DNA of 64,000 bases from Roseibacillus sp. (GTDB taxonomy: Bacteria > Verrucomicrobiota > Verrucomicrobiia > Verrucomicrobiales > Akkermansiaceae): positions 384,001 through 448,000 of the forward strand of contig JBPOGI010000002.1 in assembly GCA_051251855.1 (NCBI GenBank), written 5' to 3'. Positions 1 through 10,337 of this stretch are shown piece after piece. Numbering within the stretch: the first letter of the stretch is position 1; each line of letters starts with the position of its first letter. The notes beneath the pieces are model-generated. The model searched no databases and was not told the origin of the DNA. It was given only the letters and a program-made list of their open reading frames with translations. Both the position numbers and the translations under genes were made by a program.

Positions 1-1
1 C

Positions 2-346
2 GAGGCTGAGGTTGAGAAAGCGGCCCGCATGGCTTTCGCTCATGACTTCATTGGACAACAGGAAAAAGGCTATGATACTTGGGTTTCTGAGAAGGGGAGC
101 ACTCTCTCCGGCGGGCAACGCCAGCGCATCGCCATCGCGCGTGCCTTTCTCAAGGACGCTCCTATTCTGATCATGGATGAGGCTACGAGTGCTCTGGATC
201 AGGAAAGCGAAGCGAAAGTGCAGGCAGCTCTGCAGGCTCTGTCAGAAGGAAGGACGACTTTGATCATTACTCACGGTCAAAGTTCCCGAAAGATGGCCGA
301 CCGAGTTCTGGAGTTTTCGAAGGGAGTGGTTAGGCAATCGTCTTAG
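2..346 (+). CDS. ABC exporter ATP-binding domain (MsbA-like), 5'-truncated by window edge
   Basis: Signature LSGGQRQRIAIARA and Walker B/D-loop ILIMDEATSALD; frame is open from the window start. Confidence 0.85.
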   Translation, partial: EAEVEKAARMAFAHDFIGQQEKGYDTWVSEKGSTLSGGQRQRIAIARAFLKDAPILIMDEATSALDQESEAKVQAALQALSEGRTTLIITHGQSSRKMADRVLEFSKGVVRQSS

Positions 347-374
347 GTAGGTGAATTAGGTTAGAAAAAAAGAA

Positions 375-1469
375 ATGGAATTTATTGATCTCAAAGCGCA
401 GCAAGCCCTGATTAAGGATAAGATTGATGCGCGCATTGCGTCAGTGTTGGAGCACGGGCGTTACATTATGGGTCCGGAAATTCAGGAGCTTGAAGAGCGC
501 TTGGCTGACTACGCGGGAGTGAAGCATTGTGTCTCTCTCGCGAGTGGAACAGACGCCTTGCTTGTGGCGCTCATGGCTCTCGGAGTTGGACCGGGGGACG
601 AGGTGGTGGTGGTCCCTTACACTTGGATTTCAACCGCTGAAGTTGTTGCTCTTGTGGGAGCGACGCCTGTCTTTGTGGATGTGGAAGAGACCACCTGGAA
701 TTTGGATCCTTCTCTGTTAGAGGCTGCCATAAGCGAGAAAACGAAAGCCATTATTCCGGTTGGGATCTATGGTCAGCCAGCCAACCTCACGGCAATCAAT
801 GAGATCGCAGGCAAGCATGGCGATATCCCCGTGATTGAGGATGCCGCGCAGTGTTTTGGTTCAGAGCATTTCGGAAAGAAAAGCGGAGGCCTGACTCAGA
901 TGGGATGCACCTCGTTTTTCCCTAGCAAGCCGTTGGGTTGTTATGGAGATGGAGGCGCTACTTTTACCGACGACGATGAACTCGCTCAAAAAATGCGCCA
1001 GATTCGAGTTCACGGGCAGGAGAAGAAGCATTGGCATCCGATTCTGGGATTGAATGGGCGCATGGATACCTTGCAGGCCGCTATTTTATTGCCGAAGCTG
1101 GATATTTTTGACGAGGAGATCGGGAAGCGGCAGCAAGTTGCGAGTGCCTATTCGGCTGCGATTCAGGGGAATCAACGGGGTATTCAAACGCCCGTTGTCG
1201 GGGAGGGGAATACTTCAGTGTGGGCGCAATACACTATTCTCTCACCAGAGCGGGAAGAGTTGAAGCAGGAGTTGTCAGCGAAAGGAATCCCAAGTGTGAG
1301 CTACTATGCCACTCCGCTGCACTTACAACCGGTCTTTGCTGATTTGGGTCATTCGAAGGGAGACTTCCCTGTGTCTGAAAAAATTTCGGACCAATGCTTG
1401 TCCCTGCCCATGAATCCTTATTTGAGTGAGGCGGATATCGCCCAAGTCTGTGAATCCTTTCAATCATAG
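375..1469 (+). CDS. wbpE: DegT/DnrJ/EryC1/StrS PLP sugar aminotransferase (WbpE-like)
   Basis: MEFIDLKAQ start, [26 protein letters not shown] with the PLP lysine; clustered with wbpD/A/B-like genes. Confidence 0.85.
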   Translation: MEFIDLKAQQALIKDKIDARIASVLEHGRYIMGPEIQELEERLADYAGVKHCVSLASGTDALLVALMALGVGPGDEVVVVPYTWISTAEVVALVGATPVFVDVEETTWNLDPSLLEAAISEKTKAIIPVGIYGQPANLTAINEIAGKHGDIPVIEDAAQCFGSEHFGKKSGGLTQMGCTSFFPSKPLGCYGDGGATFTDDDELAQKMRQIRVHGQEKKHWHPILGLNGRMDTLQAAILLPKLDIFDEEIGKRQQVASAYSAAIQGNQRGIQTPVVGEGNTSVWAQYTILSPEREELKQELSAKGIPSVSYYATPLHLQPVFADLGHSKGDFPVSEKISDQCLSLPMNPYLSEADIAQVCESFQS

Positions 1470-1474
1470 CTTCT

Positions 1475-2134
1475 ATGGACAACTTCTTCGCGCACGAAAC
1501 AGCCATCATTGATGGCGGGGTGACCATTGGAGAGGGAACCAAGATTTGGCATTTCTCTCATGTCTGCGAGGGGGCTGTGATTGGTTCAGGCTGCAGTTTT
1601 GGGCAGAACACGATGGTGGCGGGTGGCGTCATCGTTGGGAACAATGTTAAAGTTCAGAATAACGTCTCGATTTATGCCGGGACCATCGTTGAGGATGATG
1701 TATTTCTAGGACCCTCCTGTGTGTTGACCAACGTGAGCAATCCTCGTTCGCAAGTGGTTCGCAAATCTTGTTACGAAGAAACTCGTATTTGCCGAGGGGC
1801 AACTATTGGCGCCAATGCGACCATTGTCTGTGGAATCACAATTGGGCGTTATGCTTTTGTTTCGGCAGGTGCGGTGGTGACCAAAAGTGTGCCTGACTAT
1901 GCCATGATTCTAGGAGTCCCTGGGCAGCAACGAGGGTGGATGTCGCGTCATGGGCATCCTCTTGTCGAGCGAGACAAAGAAGGGGCTTTGATTTGTCCTG
2001 AAAGCGGGCTTCGCTATCAGGAAGGTGAAGAGGGACTGCACTGTTTGGACCTTGATGAGGAGCAAGAACTGCCCAAGGCGCTTGGGGTGGGTCAGAGAAA
2101 TTATCGCGAAATTCAAGAAGAGCTGAAGAAATGA
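1475..2134 (+). CDS. wbpD: Hexapeptide-repeat N-acetyltransferase (WbpD-like)
   Basis: [56 protein letters not shown] overlap with next gene. Confidence 0.85.
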   Translation: MDNFFAHETAIIDGGVTIGEGTKIWHFSHVCEGAVIGSGCSFGQNTMVAGGVIVGNNVKVQNNVSIYAGTIVEDDVFLGPSCVLTNVSNPRSQVVRKSCYEETRICRGATIGANATIVCGITIGRYAFVSAGAVVTKSVPDYAMILGVPGQQRGWMSRHGHPLVERDKEGALICPESGLRYQEGEEGLHCLDLDEEQELPKALGVGQRNYREIQEELKK

Positions 2135-3453
2135 AGATTGTTGAAAAGCTCCAGAAGAAGGAGGCCTGTATTGGGATCGTGGGTTTAGGATACGTGGGAT
2201 TGCCTCTTGGATTGGGTTACGTTGCCAAAGGCCATCGGGTACTGGGACTTGATGTTGATGAGAAAAAGGTCGAACAAATTTTAGCGGGTCGTTCCTACAT
2301 TGAGCACATCGACGGGCAAGCTATCTCAGACGCGGTTTCCCAAGGGTTGCTATCGGCGACCACCGACTTCTCGCAGGCCAGTTCTTGTGATGCTCTTATC
2401 CTCTGCGTGCCCACGCCACTGAATCAGCACCACGAGCCAGACCTCAGTTTTGTGGTGAATACGATCAACTCTCTTCTGCCCTATTTAAAAGAGGGGCAAG
2501 CTCTGAGTTTGGAATCGACTACCTATCCAGGAACCACGGAAGAGATTCTCAAACCTAAGATCGAGAGCCGGGATTTCGAGATCGGGACTGATTTTTATTT
2601 GCTCTACTCTCCCGAAAGGGAGGACCCGGGAAATGTCGATTTCTCAGCGACGAACATTCCTAAAGTCATGGGTGGTGTTACCGAGAATTGCCAGGCTGTC
2701 GGGATGGCCTTGTATGGCGCGGTCGTCGAAAAAGTGGTGCCGGTGAGTTCGACTCAGGTGGCCGAGTTTTCCAAGTTGCTGGAGAACATTTACCGCTCGG
2801 TGAATATCGGCTTGGTCAACGAACTCAAAATTGCGGCCGACAAAATGGGGATTGATATTTGGGAGGTCATTGAGGCTGCCAAAACTAAGCCCTTTGGGTT
2901 TAAGGCTTTTTATCCCGGACCTGGTTTGGGAGGGCACTGCATTCCCATTGATCCCTTCTATCTGACCTGGAAGGCCAAAGAGTTTGGGGTTCATACCCGG
3001 TTTATCGAGTTAGCCGGTGAGATCAATGAATCGATGCCGTCCTATGTGGTCCAGAAAGTAGTGGTGGCTCTCAATTCTCGCTCTAAGTCTGTGCGAGGAA
3101 GTCGGATTCTCGTGATGGGCTTGGCCTACAAGGAAGATGTCGATGATATGAGAGAATCCCCATCTTTTCATCTCATGGATGGTTTGAAGGAACTGGGCGG
3201 AGAGGTGAGCTACTATGATCCTCATATTCCAGTGATCCCTCCTTCAAGAGAGCATTCAGAGTGGGTGGGGAAAAAGTCAATTGAGTGGTCCCGCGAGACT
3301 GTAGAGAGCTTTGATTGTGTCCTCATTGCGACGCGACACAGCAGCTTCCAGATGGAGGAGGTGGTTGAATTTGCGGACCTAATCGTAGATACTAGGAATG
3401 CCGTAGGAGCCTCTGGTCTCCAAGTGCCAGAAAGCCTGGTGGTGACGGCTTAG
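2131..3453 (+). CDS. wbpA: UDP-N-acetylglucosamine 6-dehydrogenase (WbpA-like)
   Basis: GLGYVGLP Rossmann motif, [39 protein letters not shown]. Confidence 0.9.
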   Translation: MKIVEKLQKKEACIGIVGLGYVGLPLGLGYVAKGHRVLGLDVDEKKVEQILAGRSYIEHIDGQAISDAVSQGLLSATTDFSQASSCDALILCVPTPLNQHHEPDLSFVVNTINSLLPYLKEGQALSLESTTYPGTTEEILKPKIESRDFEIGTDFYLLYSPEREDPGNVDFSATNIPKVMGGVTENCQAVGMALYGAVVEKVVPVSSTQVAEFSKLLENIYRSVNIGLVNELKIAADKMGIDIWEVIEAAKTKPFGFKAFYPGPGLGGHCIPIDPFYLTWKAKEFGVHTRFIELAGEINESMPSYVVQKVVVALNSRSKSVRGSRILVMGLAYKEDVDDMRESPSFHLMDGLKELGGEVSYYDPHIPVIPPSREHSEWVGKKSIEWSRETVESFDCVLIATRHSSFQMEEVVEFADLIVDTRNAVGASGLQVPESLVVTA

Positions 3454-3472
3454 TGAGATGTAGCGGGTTTTT

Positions 3473-4408
3473 ATGAAAGTAGGAATTATTGGAGCAGGAC
3501 ACTGGGGAAAGAACTTGGTTAAGAACTTTTCGGAACTAGGCGTCTTGGAGGCGGTCGCGGATTCGGTGGAAGATAACTTGGCTTGGGTTGCCAAAGAGTT
3601 TCCAGAAGTGAAGAGAGCATATGATGCGGAGGCGCTGTTAGAGGGGGTCGAATTGGATGCGGTCGCGATTGCCACTCCTCCCCAAACTCACGCCGCTCTT
3701 GCTCGGGCGGCAATCGCGAAGGGGCTCGATGTCTTCGTTGAAAAGCCGCTGACCTTGGATTTGCAGGAAGCAGAAGAACTCTCTCGATTTGCTCAGGAGA
3801 AGGGAGCGATCCTGATGGTGGGGCATCTGTTGATGTATCAGCCTGCCATCGCTTTCATTAAGAGCTATTTGGATGAAGGCAAATTGGGGAAGGTTTTCTC
3901 ACTGAATCAACGTCGTTCGAAACTAGGAAGGGTGCGTTCGGTCGAGAACGTCCTTTGGTCTTTTGGGGTGCATGACGTAGCGGTTCTTCTCCATTTGATT
4001 GGAGAGGTGCCCGAGAAAGTGATTTCTTCGGGGCAGGGAGCGTTCACCGAGGGAGTAGCCGATGATGTCCATTTGCACCTTCAGTTTCCTTCGGGAGTGC
4101 AGGCGAATCTTCACAATTCGTGGTATTGGCCTCGAGTTGAGCGTGAATTGATCATCACGGGAGAGAAAGGGATGCTCGTGTTTGAGGAGTTGAATTCAAA
4201 AGTGATTCTTCATCGTAAAACCGTGCAATCGGATCTGAGTCATCAGGATGAAGGGGAGGAACTGTTGTTTGAAGGGGAAAGTCAGCCACTGAAATTGGAA
4301 CTCACCCATTTCTTGGAGTGCTGCCAGAACCGCCAGCAACCGCGTTCGGACGGCAGAAGCGGGGTGGAAGTGGTGAAGGTGCTCAACGAGGCTCAGATGA
4401 TGCTTTAG
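3473..4408 (+). CDS. Gfo/Idh/MocA oxidoreductase (WbpB-like sugar-nucleotide 3-dehydrogenase)
   Basis: GIIGAGHWGKN, ATPPQTH, VEKP, VGHL motifs; operon context. Confidence 0.8.
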   Translation: MKVGIIGAGHWGKNLVKNFSELGVLEAVADSVEDNLAWVAKEFPEVKRAYDAEALLEGVELDAVAIATPPQTHAALARAAIAKGLDVFVEKPLTLDLQEAEELSRFAQEKGAILMVGHLLMYQPAIAFIKSYLDEGKLGKVFSLNQRRSKLGRVRSVENVLWSFGVHDVAVLLHLIGEVPEKVISSGQGAFTEGVADDVHLHLQFPSGVQANLHNSWYWPRVERELIITGEKGMLVFEELNSKVILHRKTVQSDLSHQDEGEELLFEGESQPLKLELTHFLECCQNRQQPRSDGRSGVEVVKVLNEAQMML

Positions 4409-4501
4409 GAGGGGGAGAGTCCTCGATTCTAAAAAGGGCTAGTAATGCGACAGTGTTTCATCTAATTCAAAGTCAATGTTTCTACAAAGAAAGGTGAAGT
4501 A

Positions 4502-5680
4502 ATGACCGTGCTTGTTGTCATTCCGGCTCGCGCTGGCTCAAAGGGTGTTCCTGACAAAAATTTGAAGGAGTTTTGTGGCGTTCCATTGGGTGTTCGCACC
4601 GTGGAGCTTGCGAAGCAAAGTGAGGCAAAGCCGCGAGTGCTCGTCTCAACGGACTCCGAACACTATGCAACGGTTTTTAAGGAGGCGGGCGCGGAGGTTC
4701 CGTTTTTACGACCGGCTGAGCTATCGGGCGATGCCGCAAAATCGGAGGACGCCCTTCTTCACGCTCTCGATTGGCTCGAAAAGGAAGATGGCTATCAACC
4801 GGATGTGTTAGTTTTTTTACAATGCACTTCGCCGTTCCTAAGGCCTGAGGATATTGACGGGTGCTTGCGGCTCATTGAGGATGGTGCGGACTGCGCTTTC
4901 ACGGTGGCACCTTCGCATGCCTTTCTTTGGAAGCATGATTCCAGCGCTGGAGCTGTGGGGATCAATCACGACAGTTCCATTCGCTTGCGACGGCAGGACT
5001 TGGAACCCGAATTTCGTGAAACGGGTGCTTGTTATGCGATGAAAACGGCGGGCTTTTGTAAGCATCAACATCGTTTCTTCGGTAAGATTGCTTTTCATAC
5101 CGTGCCAGAAAAATGCGCCCTTGAGATTGACTCTTTGGCAGATTGGCAACTCTGCGAGACATTGGCTCAGCTGGAAATGGGCCGTTGTGAAAGAGGCTCA
5201 GGAGAGCTCCCTCAAGCGATCGTTTTTGATTTTGACGGAGTCTTTACCGATAACCAGGTTTCGGTGAGCGAGACCGGAGAGGAAGCCGTGGTCTGCAGTC
5301 GTTCCGATGGGCTGGGGGTCGCGCTTTTTCGCGAAAAGTATCCTGATGTGAAGTTGCTGATTTTGTCCAAGGAGCGAAATCCGGTCGTGCTACGACGGGC
5401 CGAGAAATTAAAACTTGAGGTCTTGCACGGTATTGACGACAAAGTGGACGTCTTATCAGGCTGGCTAAAAAGCAATGAAATCTCTTGGAAGGATATCGCT
5501 TATCTTGGAAATGATCTGAATGATTTGGGATGTCTTCGTAAGGCTGGTTTAGGTGTCGCGGTGGGGGATGCCTATCCGGAGGTAAAGTCAGTTGCGCAGC
5601 AGGTGTTAAAGCGCGACGGAGGAAAAGGTGCCGTTCGGGAATTTCTGGAGGCCTTTCTGAAAAGCGAGTGTTCAGGCTAA
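4502..5680 (+). CDS. neuA: Acylneuraminate cytidylyltransferase fused to KdsC/YrbI-like HAD phosphatase
   Basis: N-term IPARAGSKGVPDKN, QCTSP, RETGA, EIDS; C-term FDFDGVFTD, YLGNDLND, GGKGAVRE. Confidence 0.85.
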   Translation: MTVLVVIPARAGSKGVPDKNLKEFCGVPLGVRTVELAKQSEAKPRVLVSTDSEHYATVFKEAGAEVPFLRPAELSGDAAKSEDALLHALDWLEKEDGYQPDVLVFLQCTSPFLRPEDIDGCLRLIEDGADCAFTVAPSHAFLWKHDSSAGAVGINHDSSIRLRRQDLEPEFRETGACYAMKTAGFCKHQHRFFGKIAFHTVPEKCALEIDSLADWQLCETLAQLEMGRCERGSGELPQAIVFDFDGVFTDNQVSVSETGEEAVVCSRSDGLGVALFREKYPDVKLLILSKERNPVVLRRAEKLKLEVLHGIDDKVDVLSGWLKSNEISWKDIAYLGNDLNDLGCLRKAGLGVAVGDAYPEVKSVAQQVLKRDGGKGAVREFLEAFLKSECSG

Positions 5681-5915
5681 CCCCGGGGGCTCTGCCAATA
5701 GGCTTCCCGAATAAGAATGTTAGCGAAGCCTCCAAGGTCATGACACGAGTGGCTGCTGTTTTTAATTTGAAGCTTTTTCAAGTGTCGTTCGAAGTAAAAT
5801 TGAGTAATTCTAAACTTATAACTTTCCAGCGCTTTAAGCGAAGTTGATTGAGCCTTATCGCGACAATCCTTTCCTTTTCAGCTGAACTAAAACTCCTTAC
5901 ATTCATTTGAGTCCA

Positions 5916-6794
5916 ATGTTGCCATCAAAAATTAAGAGTCCTCCCAAAGTGATCGCAGAAGTCGGTTGCAACCACAAAGGTGAAATGGAACTTGCGCACG
6001 AACACATTATGACCGGGGCCTTGTTCTGTAAGGTCGACGTGGTGAAGTTCCAAAAGCGCTGCAATCGTGAGTTGTTGAGTGAGGAGGAATATAACAAGCC
6101 TCATCCGAATCCGGCTAATTCGTATGGAGAGACCTATGGCGGTCACCGGGAATACCTAGAGTTTGACCTTGAGCAGCACCGGCAGTTGAAGAGTTGGTGT
6201 GATCAATACGGAGTCGTCTACAGCTCATCGGTGTGGGATTTGACCTCTGCCAAAGAGATCACGAGCTTGAATCCTGAGTTAATTAAGATTCCTTCCGCAT
6301 GTAACCTTAACTTCGAAATGCTTGGTTGGCTGTGCGAAAACTATGAAGGGGAAATTCATCTCTCTTTTGGGATGACCACTCAAAAGGAAGAAGAGGAGGT
6401 TGTTTCTTTCTTTGAAGGAAAGGGAAAAGAAAAAGACCTAGTGATCTACAGCTGCACTTCCGGTTACCCCGTCTCTTTCGAGGATATTTGCCTGCACGAA
6501 ATCTTGCGTCTTCGTGAGAGCTTTGAGTCTCGCGTGAAGGCGATTGGCTTTTCCGGACATCATCTGGGGATCGCCGCAGATATCGCGGCGATGGCTTTGG
6601 GTGGGGAATGGGTTGAGCGCCATTTTACGCTCGATAGGACTTGGAAAGGCACAGACCATGCCGCTTCACTGGAGCCAGATGGCTTGCGCAAATTGACAAG
6701 AGACTTGCGCAACGTTTCGAAGTCTCTCTCTTATAAGGAAGAAGAAGTTCTAGCTGTTGAAAAAGTTCAGAGGGACAAGTTGAAGCGCACCTAG
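5916..6794 (+). CDS. neuB: NeuB-family nonulosonate (-9-phosphate) synthase without a C-terminal AFP/SAF domain
   Basis: IAEVGCNHKG, VKFQKR, KIPSA, CTSGYP, GFSGHH, ERHFTLDRTWKGTDHAASLEP; ATG at 5916. Confidence 0.85.
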   Translation: MLPSKIKSPPKVIAEVGCNHKGEMELAHEHIMTGALFCKVDVVKFQKRCNRELLSEEEYNKPHPNPANSYGETYGGHREYLEFDLEQHRQLKSWCDQYGVVYSSSVWDLTSAKEITSLNPELIKIPSACNLNFEMLGWLCENYEGEIHLSFGMTTQKEEEEVVSFFEGKGKEKDLVIYSCTSGYPVSFEDICLHEILRLRESFESRVKAIGFSGHHLGIAADIAAMALGGEWVERHFTLDRTWKGTDHAASLEPDGLRKLTRDLRNVSKSLSYKEEEVLAVEKVQRDKLKRT

Positions 6795-6833
6795 GTAAGG
6801 TGTTCTTATCGCACTCGTGCCCAATCTCCCTCT

Positions 6834-8297
6834 TTGCCCTCGCCTTCTATGCCGATGACCTACTCTGAATTCTTCAGGGACTTTGTGGAAATCGAGCAAC
6901 GTCTGGGGCTGTGTCACGCGAGGGACGGAGACTTTGCCTATTGGGACTATCTTCGGGTTCCGGTTTCTCAGAAAATCTCCTCCAGTCTCGGGATTATGGC
7001 GCGAGCTGGAGGGCAGAAGGAGAAGGAACGTTCCGTTAAGAAGTTTAGGCTTTTCAGTCAACTTGAGAACCGTCTGCTGAGAGGTTTGGGGACTTTTTCA
7101 GACTGTGAATTTTTGTTCATTGGGCCTGGAGCTATGCGGCGTAAGACTGGCAAGGATGGATTGGATTGGGACCTTTGGTGTGATCCCTTGATTCAAGTTT
7201 TGGGTGAGGAGAGATGTGTTTTGTTAGAAAAACCTGAGAAGGGGTTTCATCGGAAACAGAGCCGGACGCGAAATCTGGCATCGACCGATTCCATTGATTG
7301 GAAGAAGCGGCGATATCGAATGGGCCGTTGGGTGAAGCCGAAGGGGGAGGTTTGTTCCGCTGAAACGAAGAGGATGCTTTCCAACCTGCAAAGTGAGTTT
7401 GAAAAATCCTTTGGGTTAGAGAAAGGCCTCCTGAATCTTGAAAAGCTGTTTGTGAGTAGCAAGATGCGGCGTGAGGAAACCTTGCCCGTATTGAAGAAGG
7501 AATTTTCGCGATTGAAGCTCAAGGCGGTCTTTCTCGTAAACAGTTACTCGGGACGAGAAAGGTATATTGAGGCTGCGCGAGCTCTGAATATTCCGATTGT
7601 TGAGTTGCAACACGGGCTGATTTCAAAATTTCATTTTGGATATTCCTATCCGGAAGAAAGTTTCAAGACGGTCGTGCCTAACTTCTTTTACAGTTTCGGA
7701 AAATACTGGGAGGAATCTGTTGAGTTGCCTGTGCCTTTGGAAAGGATATTTACGATTGGTTACCCCTATCTTGAGAATACGTTGAGCGAGTTTGAGCGTA
7801 AAAAAGAGAGGACACGGCAAGTCGTTTTTATTTCTCAAGGCGCAATTGGCGATAGGCTCTCTACTTTTGCCGCGGACTTGCAGGACCGACTGCCAGGGGG
7901 ATGGAAGATTGTTTACAAACTTCATCCCAGGGAAGTGAATGGATGGCGAGAGCGTTATTCTCGACTCTCTGAATCGGGAATTCAGGTGGTTGAGAAAGAT
8001 GAACCCTCATTGTATCAGCTTTTTTCTGAATCCGATATTCAGATTGGCGTTTATAGCACGGCTTTGTTTGAAGGAATCGCATTTGGCTGCAAAACCGTTC
8101 TAGTTGACCTTCCCGGGGTGGAATCGCTGCTACCTTTGGTTGAAAAAGGAGTTGCGGAATTAGTTTCGCAACCCAGCGAAGTCGATTTTGAGGGACTCGA
8201 AGAAGGTGTTCTCCAGAAGGATCTTTTTTTCGCAGACGACTGGCAGAAGAATTTTCAAGCTGCCGAGCCGCTGAAAGAGATGCCTTCTTCCAAATGA
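6834..8297 (+). CDS. Putative nonulosonate/capsule glycosyltransferase
   Basis: ELQHG, YKLHPRE and GVYSTALFEG motifs of GT-B sialyltransferase/CDP-glycerol-type enzymes; follows neuA-neuB; start uncertain. Confidence 0.55.
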   Translation: MPSPSMPMTYSEFFRDFVEIEQRLGLCHARDGDFAYWDYLRVPVSQKISSSLGIMARAGGQKEKERSVKKFRLFSQLENRLLRGLGTFSDCEFLFIGPGAMRRKTGKDGLDWDLWCDPLIQVLGEERCVLLEKPEKGFHRKQSRTRNLASTDSIDWKKRRYRMGRWVKPKGEVCSAETKRMLSNLQSEFEKSFGLEKGLLNLEKLFVSSKMRREETLPVLKKEFSRLKLKAVFLVNSYSGRERYIEAARALNIPIVELQHGLISKFHFGYSYPEESFKTVVPNFFYSFGKYWEESVELPVPLERIFTIGYPYLENTLSEFERKKERTRQVVFISQGAIGDRLSTFAADLQDRLPGGWKIVYKLHPREVNGWRERYSRLSESGIQVVEKDEPSLYQLFSESDIQIGVYSTALFEGIAFGCKTVLVDLPGVESLLPLVEKGVAELVSQPSEVDFEGLEEGVLQKDLFFADDWQKNFQAAEPLKEMPSSK

Positions 8298-8412
8298 GTT
8301 CTCGCGGTTTTTGAAGTTCCTCGTCTTTACTTTTTTAATTGAGTTCGATTTGGATTGCAGAATTCATGGGCTGAATTTTACTTGAATAGAGCTTCAACTC
8401 CCTTGAGTTTAA

Positions 8413-9519
8413 ATGAGTGAAAGAAGGGATTTGGAACCTATGAGTGAGTTTACTCGGATAGCCTTTCTGTCATCCTCTGATCATTCGAATCGAGCGACGC
8501 TGATTTCTCGGGCGCTCAATGAAGCAGAGGACCGAGTGTTTGAGTCCAAGTCGATCTGTTTGCGAAAAAACAAATTTGATTACGAAGTCGCTCACGACTG
8601 GAACATCGAGCTTGATGCTTCGGCGAGAAATGCGGCCATCGAGTGGCTGCGAAAATGCGATTGGATAGTTTTTTCAGAAGTGAAAGGGGTGCGCTGGCCG
8701 GGGGTCTTGAAAGGGATGAGTAGTTTCGAGAAAGAACTAGCTCCAGATTTAACCTTTAAAGAAACACAGGCCTATCGGGAAGGTCACTTGGTCCTCTTTC
8801 ACCGTGGGTCTTGTTACCGCGAAAATTCTCGGAAGATTAACAAGGTCAGTGAGAAGGATAGCAGGTTGCAATACGCTTTCTATGCGGCAGATTTGCATCG
8901 CTTATCACTTGGCAGAGAGAAGGATATTTGTCTTTGGCCGAGCTATTCTCGTTCCGACTTCAATCTGGAGGACGCCATTGGTTCGTTGCCCAACAAATTT
9001 CTAAACGAGGAGACCCCACTTCAGATTTTGCATTTACCATCGAATGCCAAGAAAGGCAGTGGAGTGGTGAAGCGAAGCTTGGAATGGTTGGCGCAATCTT
9101 CGGAGCTTTCCGGAAAATTGAAAATTGTTCTGCCTGAGAAGCGAATGACTAATGCGGAGTTGTTAGCGCTAAAGAGGGAATCTCATATCTGCATCGATCA
9201 GTTTTCTCCTGAGATTGGAGGCTTCGGAATGACTGCAATCGAGAGCCTGGCTGCGGGAAGTTTGGTATTGGCTTCCATCCAAAATATTGGTGTTGATGCC
9301 ATCAATTCTGCAAATAGGTATATCTATGAAGGAGGAATGCCAATCTTGGACTTAGGAACGAGTGAGACGAGTTGCCGAGAGGCTATTGACCGGGTTGTTC
9401 GGATGTCGCGTCAAGAGCTGTCTTCTCGCGCGGAAGAAGGAGTGCGTTGGCTTGCCGCAGTCGGTTCGGCGGAAGCGCTATCGCGGAAGTTAGCCGCGGA
9501 ACTGGGTGTTAAGGCTTAA
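8413..9519 (+). CDS. Putative GT-B glycosyltransferase
   Basis: C-term ILHLPSN..KG, ICIDQF..GGFGMTAIESLAAG. Confidence 0.5.
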   Translation: MSERRDLEPMSEFTRIAFLSSSDHSNRATLISRALNEAEDRVFESKSICLRKNKFDYEVAHDWNIELDASARNAAIEWLRKCDWIVFSEVKGVRWPGVLKGMSSFEKELAPDLTFKETQAYREGHLVLFHRGSCYRENSRKINKVSEKDSRLQYAFYAADLHRLSLGREKDICLWPSYSRSDFNLEDAIGSLPNKFLNEETPLQILHLPSNAKKGSGVVKRSLEWLAQSSELSGKLKIVLPEKRMTNAELLALKRESHICIDQFSPEIGGFGMTAIESLAAGSLVLASIQNIGVDAINSANRYIYEGGMPILDLGTSETSCREAIDRVVRMSRQELSSRAEEGVRWLAAVGSAEALSRKLAAELGVKA

Positions 9520-9572
9520 AAGAGACTCTGTGCTCTCTTGTGAGGCTGAGATGCCGCAGATAAAGAAGACGG

Positions 9573-10337
9573 CTAGCCGGCCCAAAAGTCGTTGATCCAA
9601 GAAGCGGGTTTGGTGAAGTGGTGAATTTTTTTTCCTCGGTATCCTTCTACTGCCTGATCTGGGTTGGGGCGGCCGTGGAAAGCGACAATGGAAGGCGTCC
9701 CCAGTTGTTTGGGAGACTTTGGGGTGCTGAGGTAGTTGAGAGGGAAGGGAGGTCTGCAATGGAACTTGAAGCTCTTGACCCAGTCTTCGGGCCAGTAGCA
9801 CATGTTAGGGCGAATGCGCTCGGTGAGGTAAGTTTGGGGCGGCCACCAGTTTGCGACTGCCTCGTCCCGCTCTGCGAGAAATTCCTCGATGATGTGTCCG
9901 CACTCATTGATCGGAAATCGAAAGACGGAGGAGTTTCCAATTTCAGGACGAGCACGAAAGAGCGTTTTCCAAGGGGAAATCCAGTTGTGAATGATGCAGA
10001 TCTTATCGGGTTCGTGTTCGAAAAAGCGATCCAACGAACCCGAGATGATGATATCCAGATCCAAAAAGAGGGTGGGACCGGCGAAGTCTCCGAGGGTGGG
10101 GGAAAAGACGCCGAGCTTTTGCCAAGTGGTCTTTCCGCGCGGTCCGTTGATCCCAAGATCAGGAATGGGAAGAAGTTCGATGTCGGAGGGAACCTCGATC
10201 TCGCGGTCGGTGAGACAGATGAAGCGAAAGGGCCGTTTGAGATGACGCGAAACCATGCCGTGCAGGCGCAGGACATACTCGGGGCCATACTTTTCGCCCC
10301 AACGGATACAGAGTATATTGACTAGTTCGGGTTTCAT
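9573..10337 (-). CDS. GT-A (GT8-like) glycosyltransferase
   Basis: NILCIRWGEKYGPEYV, FICLTD, WQKL, LFLDLD (DxD), NSSVFRF, FHGRPNP; ATG at 10337 overlaps the upstream stop. Confidence 0.75.
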   Translation of the reverse strand: MKPELVNILCIRWGEKYGPEYVLRLHGMVSRHLKRPFRFICLTDREIEVPSDIELLPIPDLGINGPRGKTTWQKLGVFSPTLGDFAGPTLFLDLDIIISGSLDRFFEHEPDKICIIHNWISPWKTLFRARPEIGNSSVFRFPINECGHIIEEFLAERDEAVANWWPPQTYLTERIRPNMCYWPEDWVKSFKFHCRPPFPLNYLSTPKSPKQLGTPSIVAFHGRPNPDQAVEGYRGKKIHHFTKPASWINDFWAG

